The position numbers and the translations under genes are program-made. Below are positions 39,344 to 46,800 of a stretch of DNA of 64,000 bases, in pieces; position 1 is the first letter of the stretch; the number at the start of each line of letters is the position of its first letter. Source of the stretch: a virus; the IMG/VR virus record IMGVR_UViG_3300043772_001004, positions 1 through 64,000 of that record; one strand, written 5' to 3'. The notes under the pieces were generated by a model. That model worked only from the letters and a program-made list of their open reading frames with translations, was not told the DNA's origin and did not search any database.

Positions 39344-42300
39344 CTCATCTTCTATAATGTATCCACCTTTGATATACTTATCTATTTCTTTTTGAGTAAG
39401 TTTTGTAGACACATATCCACCTTCTTTATAAGCTTCTATTATACCTTCTCCTTTACTGTAAGATTCTGGTACTTCTAATCTTAGCCACTCATTTCCAAAT
39501 TGATCTGTTTCAGGAACAGCACCAGATTTACCAAATAATTTAATGTAATGTTTTTTATAATCATTATAAATACCAGATGCTTTATCATTACCTTGTATTC
39601 GTGTAGATAATTCTGCAGTAGGTATATAAAGATATTTCTTCCCTTGATCAGCAGCATATTGTAACATCTCTTGTATTAATCTTTTTTCAGTAGATTTTTT
39701 ATTGGTCATTAAAACTCTTTTTTGTTGTAAGTTTCTTTTAATGACATCAGCTGCTTCACCAGCAAATTGTTCCATATGAGATCCTGGTTTAAATTGAACA
39801 TTTGGAGAAAAGTAATTACCAGTTGAATGTTGTTCAAATTCTTGCAAGTATCCTTCTAAATCAAATTCTTCACTACCATCTTTTCTATATCTTCTTTTCA
39901 TTTTAGAAAACTGCTCAGCAGCATCTGATTGAATTCCTGATGCATAGAGTGCATCAGGTTGATACGCGTTTTCATAAACATGAACATGTGCTAATGTATC
40001 ATTTGCATTACCATGTTCTTTTGATCCATAACCAAATTGATCTACATTACTAAATTGAATAGTTCTTGGATTTGTAAGTTGAAAATCTGCAAAAGTATCT
40101 TTGTTAGCTAAATAAGCTTCTTGTTTTTTATTGATAATAGCTAAATTATTTTCAAAGCTTTGTTCAAGTTCTTTAAGATATTCTGCATCTACATATTTTG
40201 AAACACCAGAATTAGTTGTAATAGTAGATTCTCCTTTTTCAAGAGCAGATTTTACTTTTTCAATTTTTTCATTTGAGCTGTAAATTAAATTACGTTTTAA
40301 AAGATCTAATCCAGTAGCATATTTATCAATTGCATGTACTACATTAGCATTCATTCTATTATCCCCTTGTTGGTACTTTGACCATAATTTTCTAAAAGGA
40401 TCCGGATATATAAAATTTAAACCATAAGTAGAATTAGGAGCTTCCCTGTAATCACCTATTTCTGGATCAAATATATCTTTACCAAATAAACTACCTTCTT
40501 CAAAAGCAAAAGGAACTTCTGTTTTATTTAATGCTGGAATAGCTTGTTGTACACTTCCTAATAATTCTTTAGCATCCATGTGTAAAACATTGGAATCTAA
40601 TCCTTGCCACAAATCTGGATTATTAAATAATGATTCTATAACTTCATCTCCCCCTGCTGTTTTACGTAAAATACTGAGAGCTTGTTCAAAATTTATTTTA
40701 CCTGTCTTAGGATTAATAGCTTTGTATAAAGGACTTTGAGGATTAGCTGTTACATTTAAATTTAATCCTGTAGGGGGAGTAACAGTTTCATAAATAAATG
40801 CATCTATATTAGTTGGTTCACCAGTCATAGTTTTATATTCTTCTGGAAACCCCATTGACAGTTGTTGTCCTTGTGTAGGTTTTCCTAATACTTCTGTGCT
40901 TTGAGTATTTGGAAAAACAAGTTGAGGTTCTACAGTTGGTGCTGCTTCTCTAATTATAGGATTAGGTTCAAAAATTAATGGTAATTCAGGAGCTTTAATA
41001 ATATTTTCTTTTTCTCTTTCTTTTTCTTTACCAAATCTTTTTTCTTTAACACCTTTACCAAGACTTGCTTTAGGTAATTCTCCTCCAGACTTCAATCCTT
41101 TATTATAATACATTCTATCAACAACTGTAGGATCCATTTTAAATGGCTTTAAGTAGTATCTTGCATCTCTAAGATTCTTATAACCATGCTTGCCTATCAT
41201 TAGACCCATTCCAAGAGGAAGTATATTTTCATTTACTTGTTTTTCGTTTCCTGTTTGAAGTCCTTCATAAATATTTTTTCCTGCTTCAATTGCAAAACCA
41301 GGATTATCAGGATTTAAGTTAAATGCATCTACTCCAAATTTAGTTAATAGTGCATTACCCGGTGTTGCAAGATTCCTTGCTATTTGATACTGTGGTAATT
41401 TAGAAACAATAGGTGCTGCTTTAGATAACTTTGGTAAAAGTCTAGCTCCCGACAATGCCTGTAAAGTTTTTGAATAAGGTGCTGCAGCAAAGAATGCATT
41501 TAAAGCAACATCTCCAGTATTAATTTCTGGATTATCGTTTACATAATTTTGATAAGCAGTGCTTCCTGTTTGAGCAGCCCAGTGAAATGGACTAAATAAA
41601 TTTATAGCCTGATCAATAGGTTTTTGGAATTCCATAGATTTATTATAAAACAGTTGTCTTCCACCTGGACCAAATGCTTGTGTCCAAGCATCTGCTTCAC
41701 TTTCTGTCATTTGATCTGTCATTGTACCAACCACAGGATCTTGCCATTGTCCAGAAGTCCACTTTTCTAAAGTATTCTTTGGTTGGTTTACAAAACTACC
41801 TAATTGATCCAATCCAAAATAAACAGGATTCATATTATTCTGAAATTTATTCTGAAGGAATTTAGCATCTTCTAGTTCTTTTTTAGCTTTATCTCTATAT
41901 TCATTTATAGCTTGATTTTTATATGTTTCTCCAAATAAAGTTTGAGCATAAGATGGTTGTGCGCGATACTGTTGTAAAAAGTTTTGTGCTTCAGGAGAGC
42001 CTAGAAAATTTTCAAAGGTTCCATATTGCTCTACTAAATTTGAACCCCTATACTCATCAGTATTCTGAGCATTAACTTCTGTAGGTAAAATATTATTTAA
42101 AAAAGCATTCTGCAAATAAGTTTTTGCTTCTTGATCTATTGTTTGTTTTTTCTGATTAAGAAATTTATCTGGATCTTTATATGATGTTATATCTCTATTA
42201 CCACTTAATTTTCCAAGTGATATATCTGTTCCCTCAACTTTAAATTTTAATTTATTTACTTTATTATTAAACTCTTCTAGAATTTTAGCTTTTTGTTTTT

Positions 42301-43861
42301 GGACAGACTCTGGGTCATTAGAAACATCATAGTATGCTTTTATATTAGCTGGGTTTACATCTATCCCCATATCTATTTCTGTTAAAGCATTCATCTGTTT
42401 AACAGCATCATTATATGCTTCTGCATACTCAGGGGTTACTTTATCTGAGATAGGATTAATTGGATCTAAACTACCTGACCAATTTGATCCAGATACTTTA
42501 TCAAATAATAGATTATTTAATCCTAAGTAATTAGCTTGTGTATTATTTATATTATCTTCCTTTTCTACATTGTTGAAATAGGAATTAATAGTTGTTTCAT
42601 AGTTTTTAAGTATGCTTTCTTCTGTATCTTGTTTTTTTCTATTTGGAAATCTAGTAGTAAAGATACTTATGTCACTATTATTAATAGTTGCTCTACCATA
42701 ATCATCAGTTTTAAATAAACTTTTGTCTACTGGTTTCCAATCAAAGTTCCAAGTAAATTGATTTTTATAATCATTCTTAAAATTAGAATTATCATTAAGA
42801 ACTGAAAAATTATCATTGTTCCATTGGTTTCTGCTAGTGTATTGAAAGATATTTCCTTTTGTATCTTTTTTATACATTACCCCATTGTCATCAGTAAAAT
42901 ATACATCTGCATTTAATTGCTTATCAATAAGCTCACTTACATCTTTAAAGTTTTGATCTACACCTTTTTTAGTACCCCAACCTTCTTTTTCCAATTCTTT
43001 TCTGGCATCTTCTGCAGACATTCCAGATTTTATTTTTTTTAGAAGTTCCTTTGATACATTCTTGTTATAATCATTATCAGCCATTGCAATAAAACTTCCA
43101 AACTCATTTTGAATTTGTTTAGAATCTAAACCATGATACTTTTTAAATTCATTAGGTCTAACACCTTGATCATATATTAGACCTAATATAACAGGTCTTG
43201 GATAAAAATTAACTTTCCCATCTGATCCTTTTTCAAAATAATATTCCTCAAACTGATCAATTATTGGTTGAATCTGTTGATTAAACACATCTTCAGAATA
43301 TGAAAAAATTGGTTCAAGTTTTTTATGTTTATTTCCTTTCTTTAATGCATCTTTAGTATATTGCTCCCATTTTACATTAAAATTTTGTTGGTTTTGCCCA
43401 GATTTTTCTTCTTGTTTTAATTGTTCTATTTCTTGTATTTTTTGAAATATAGCTACACGTTCATCAGCATTAGCCTCATCTACTCTAATTTTTAAAAGAC
43501 GAACTGTAAACTCATCTATACACTCTCCCTTATATGGCACTTTTCCAGGAGGACAATCTTCAGGCTGTAATGTTTCATATAACCCATCTTCTGTTTCTAG
43601 TTGAGGAGCATATACCTTGTTATATAAACGATCAATGTTTTCATTATATGTTGGTTCTTGTTGATATACAGGATCTACATTATATAAGTCAGGTTGATTA
43701 ACTAATTGGTTATTATTAGTTAAGTTAGCCACTGATGCTGGATTATTGTTTATTGGTCCAACAGGAGAATCCCAATTAGATATTGGAACTTGAGTTTTTA
43801 ATTTTCTCTTAGACCCTCCATTTCTTAATTTAGGAACTTTAATAATTTTATACTTTGCCAT
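39341..43861 (-). CDS. Putative cargo polyprotein (1506 aa)
   Basis: Long ORF coupled to the upstream gene by a TAATG overlap; LKSGG-ELPKASLG junction; C-terminal globular domain with LAHVHV...GIQSD; shared C-terminal tag. Confidence 0.62.
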   Translation of the reverse strand: MAKYKIIKVPKLRNGGSKRKLKTQVPISNWDSPVGPINNNPASVANLTNNNQLVNQPDLYNVDPVYQQEPTYNENIDRLYNKVYAPQLETEDGLYETLQPEDCPPGKVPYKGECIDEFTVRLLKIRVDEANADERVAIFQKIQEIEQLKQEEKSGQNQQNFNVKWEQYTKDALKKGNKHKKLEPIFSYSEDVFNQQIQPIIDQFEEYYFEKGSDGKVNFYPRPVILGLIYDQGVRPNEFKKYHGLDSKQIQNEFGSFIAMADNDYNKNVSKELLKKIKSGMSAEDARKELEKEGWGTKKGVDQNFKDVSELIDKQLNADVYFTDDNGVMYKKDTKGNIFQYTSRNQWNNDNFSVLNDNSNFKNDYKNQFTWNFDWKPVDKSLFKTDDYGRATINNSDISIFTTRFPNRKKQDTEESILKNYETTINSYFNNVEKEDNINNTQANYLGLNNLLFDKVSGSNWSGSLDPINPISDKVTPEYAEAYNDAVKQMNALTEIDMGIDVNPANIKAYYDVSNDPESVQKQKAKILEEFNNKVNKLKFKVEGTDISLGKLSGNRDITSYKDPDKFLNQKKQTIDQEAKTYLQNAFLNNILPTEVNAQNTDEYRGSNLVEQYGTFENFLGSPEAQNFLQQYRAQPSYAQTLFGETYKNQAINEYRDKAKKELEDAKFLQNKFQNNMNPVYFGLDQLGSFVNQPKNTLEKWTSGQWQDPVVGTMTDQMTESEADAWTQAFGPGGRQLFYNKSMEFQKPIDQAINLFSPFHWAAQTGSTAYQNYVNDNPEINTGDVALNAFFAAAPYSKTLQALSGARLLPKLSKAAPIVSKLPQYQIARNLATPGNALLTKFGVDAFNLNPDNPGFAIEAGKNIYEGLQTGNEKQVNENILPLGMGLMIGKHGYKNLRDARYYLKPFKMDPTVVDRMYYNKGLKSGGELPKASLGKGVKEKRFGKEKEREKENIIKAPELPLIFEPNPIIREAAPTVEPQLVFPNTQSTEVLGKPTQGQQLSMGFPEEYKTMTGEPTNIDAFIYETVTPPTGLNLNVTANPQSPLYKAINPKTGKINFEQALSILRKTAGGDEVIESLFNNPDLWQGLDSNVLHMDAKELLGSVQQAIPALNKTEVPFAFEEGSLFGKDIFDPEIGDYREAPNSTYGLNFIYPDPFRKLWSKYQQGDNRMNANVVHAIDKYATGLDLLKRNLIYSSNEKIEKVKSALEKGESTITTNSGVSKYVDAEYLKELEQSFENNLAIINKKQEAYLANKDTFADFQLTNPRTIQFSNVDQFGYGSKEHGNANDTLAHVHVYENAYQPDALYASGIQSDAAEQFSKMKRRYRKDGSEEFDLEGYLQEFEQHSTGNYFSPNVQFKPGSHMEQFAGEAADVIKRNLQQKRVLMTNKKSTEKRLIQEMLQYAADQGKKYLYIPTAELSTRIQGNDKASGIYNDYKKHYIKLFGKSGAVPETDQFGNEWLRLEVPESYSKGEGIIEAYKEGGYVSTKLTQKEIDKYIKGGYIIEDE

Positions 43862-46800
43862 TACTTTACTTCTTCAAGTTTATAACCTAATCTTTCTAAT
43901 TCTTCTTTAGAGAGATCATCTAATTCTATTTCATCCCCCACTTCATATTCAAATGCTCCACCGTATTGTTTAAAGATAATAGGATTTTCTTGTGTTAAAA
44001 CCATAGGCTTACCAAATGCATCCATAGCATCTACCATCCAAGGACTAAGATTTTTTTCATAACTATATTTGTCCATATATGCTTTACGATTAAATCCCCA
44101 AAGATCACGTGCTACTGTAGAAAATTTATCTTTTGATAATCTTTTCAAAAAGTTCATGTGACCTTGTATATCATCATATGGATTAATAGGATTTCTTCTC
44201 AAGTGAAAACCAAATGGTAACTCTCCTTCTTTTGTTGTATTAGCATTAACTTGAAATGGAATAGTCTCTTGACCATATTGATCAAATAAATAATTTAAAT
44301 TATCTTTAATAAGCCCTTCAAATTCAGATGGTGAATATGGTGATGCATCAACAAGTTTAAGTTTTCCAGTGGTAGGGTCATAAAATGTTTTAAATTCATC
44401 ACTAGTAAGTAAATTATCATTTTTATATCCTTGCATTAGATCTACTAAAGGACCAGATGTTTTACTTTCATCTGGTATGTTTGCTAATAAACTTTTTATT
44501 GAAAGATCTTCCCCTCCTTTTATTTCAGAAAATAACTCATAAGCTTTTAATGGACCATACCAATCTATTGCTTGTTGTAATCCAGCATCACTTTCAAAGT
44601 CATAAAATGTTGGCTCAAAACCTGTTTCATCACCAAAGAAATAATTTCTATTTAAATCTCTCTTACCTTCACCATAAAGTTGTCTAATATGTTCAGGAAC
44701 TGTTTGTCCATGCATCACACCTGTACCAAAATAACTTGCAGGATATTTTTCTGAGCCTTTTATTGCATTTATTATATCTGTATCATATCTTCCTGCGCGG
44801 TGGCTTTGTGATGCAATATCATAACCTATTTCTTTTGCTAAAAGACTAAAAGGATTATAATTAGATCTTGTAAATTTCTTTATGTTCTTTTCCCATCCAG
44901 TTGGTAGTTTATCAATTAACCCTGGTACTTTTTCAGCTATTTTTATAAGGCCGCTACCAGATTTTGGTGGCCATCCACCCTCTTTTCTTGTTAATGTAGG
45001 TACAGAAATATCTTCTACTATATATCCACCTTTAACATATTTGTCTATATCTTTTTTAGATAATGTTAATTCAATTGATCCACCATCTTTAAAAGACATA
45101 TTATCAAATAAATGCTTACCTCTTTTATCTGTATAGACAGCAGGCTGTTTTAATTTTTGACATCTACATTTTGGACATGGTCTTTCATAACCTTCTGGAC
45201 AATCTCCTCTACCTAGAATTGTACCATTAGGATTTACTTGAAGTTCTGGTGGGTTAACTTCAAAATTGTTTTCTGTAGGTGTGTCTTCCTGTGGAGTATC
45301 ACCTGTGTATTCTTCATCATAGTCTTGATCATATGCATAATCATTGTATGTTTTTTTTCTTTTAATAGCAGGTAGATTTAGATCCTTTAATTTATCTATA
45401 GCACCTTCAATTGGAACTGTATATCTTACATTACCATATGGTTTAAGTGTTATAGGAATATTATCTCCCATAGTGTCTTTACCACCATAATCTAATCTAA
45501 GTCCTCCGGTAAAAGAAGCTACCCCAGGAAAGTCTTTAAATGGTTTTATTTGAACTGTACCTTCTGGACTTAGGAAAGATATATCATATCTAGGCTCATC
45601 AGTTTTATTAATAACACCTTGAGCAGTTTTTGTTCCTTGCTCTATATCATTTGCATATGCATTTAATATATTTTGTGTTTGGATGTCATTATATTCAGGC
45701 CGTTGTCTAAGTGCAAAATTTAATACATTTAACTTAGGTATAAAAGCCATATCTCCCTGCCTTGTTAAACCTTTATCAAAATATCTTTGAGGTGATATTT
45801 TTGCATTGTTTTTTCTTCTACCAAAAACACCCATCAGACCAAGATCTGCTGTACCATAAAATCCAGGTTCAGGTGCATACCCAACATTTAAAGATCCGTA
45901 TCCTGTAAAAGGTCCACTAGAAGAATCTCCAAATGCATTACCAAAAACATCCCAACCTACATTTGCTGTAAGTGGAATTCCTTTTTTATACAAAGGTTTT
46001 GCTCCTGCTAGATTTTTTGCAGCATTATATTGATTTATAATAGTTTGATTTAATTCAGAAACAGGAGTCCCTGTATAATTTGATACATCTTGTAAATATT
46101 GTTGATACTTTGGATTATTTTCACCTCCCAAAGCAGGATCATAGTAACTACTAAACAATCCTTCTTGAGGTACAAAATTTAAAGTCCGGTTTGTTAAACT
46201 TTGTGCATCAGTATTGTAAGGTCTACCTAAAGTAAAAGATAAAGGATTGGCAGATAGATCTGCTTTTTTAAATAGATTAGGTGTAGTATATGTTAAACTA
46301 TAATTTGGATTTCTATTAAAGTCTGAAGCTTGACCATAAGCAGATCTATAGTCAAATGGTGTAAATGTTAAAGATCTATCTTTTCCAGTACCTGGTAAAC
46401 CAAATGAAGCTTTTGGTAAATCTTTTTTCTTTGCTCCACCATTTTTACTATATTGAATAGTATCATCAGTTTCATTATCATTTTTAGAAATGTTGTTTAA
46501 CATCCATTTTATATCTTTATCAGAATAAGTTTTTCTAAGTTCATTTAATGGCTTAGAATATAATAACTTTTTATCTAACTGTTTAAATTGTCTTCCTGTT
46601 ATTTTCTTATTAAAAGGATCATAAATATTTTGTTCATCCGCACCAAATTGTATTTCTCTCAATCTTGATCTAACTTCACTTCCTTTATTACTTAATAAAT
46701 AATTATTCCAATCATCAAATTTATTTTGTTCATATATATCTCTTGGTATTTCTTCTTCACCCATGTATTCATCTTCTAACTTACTTTGTGAGTTTTTATA

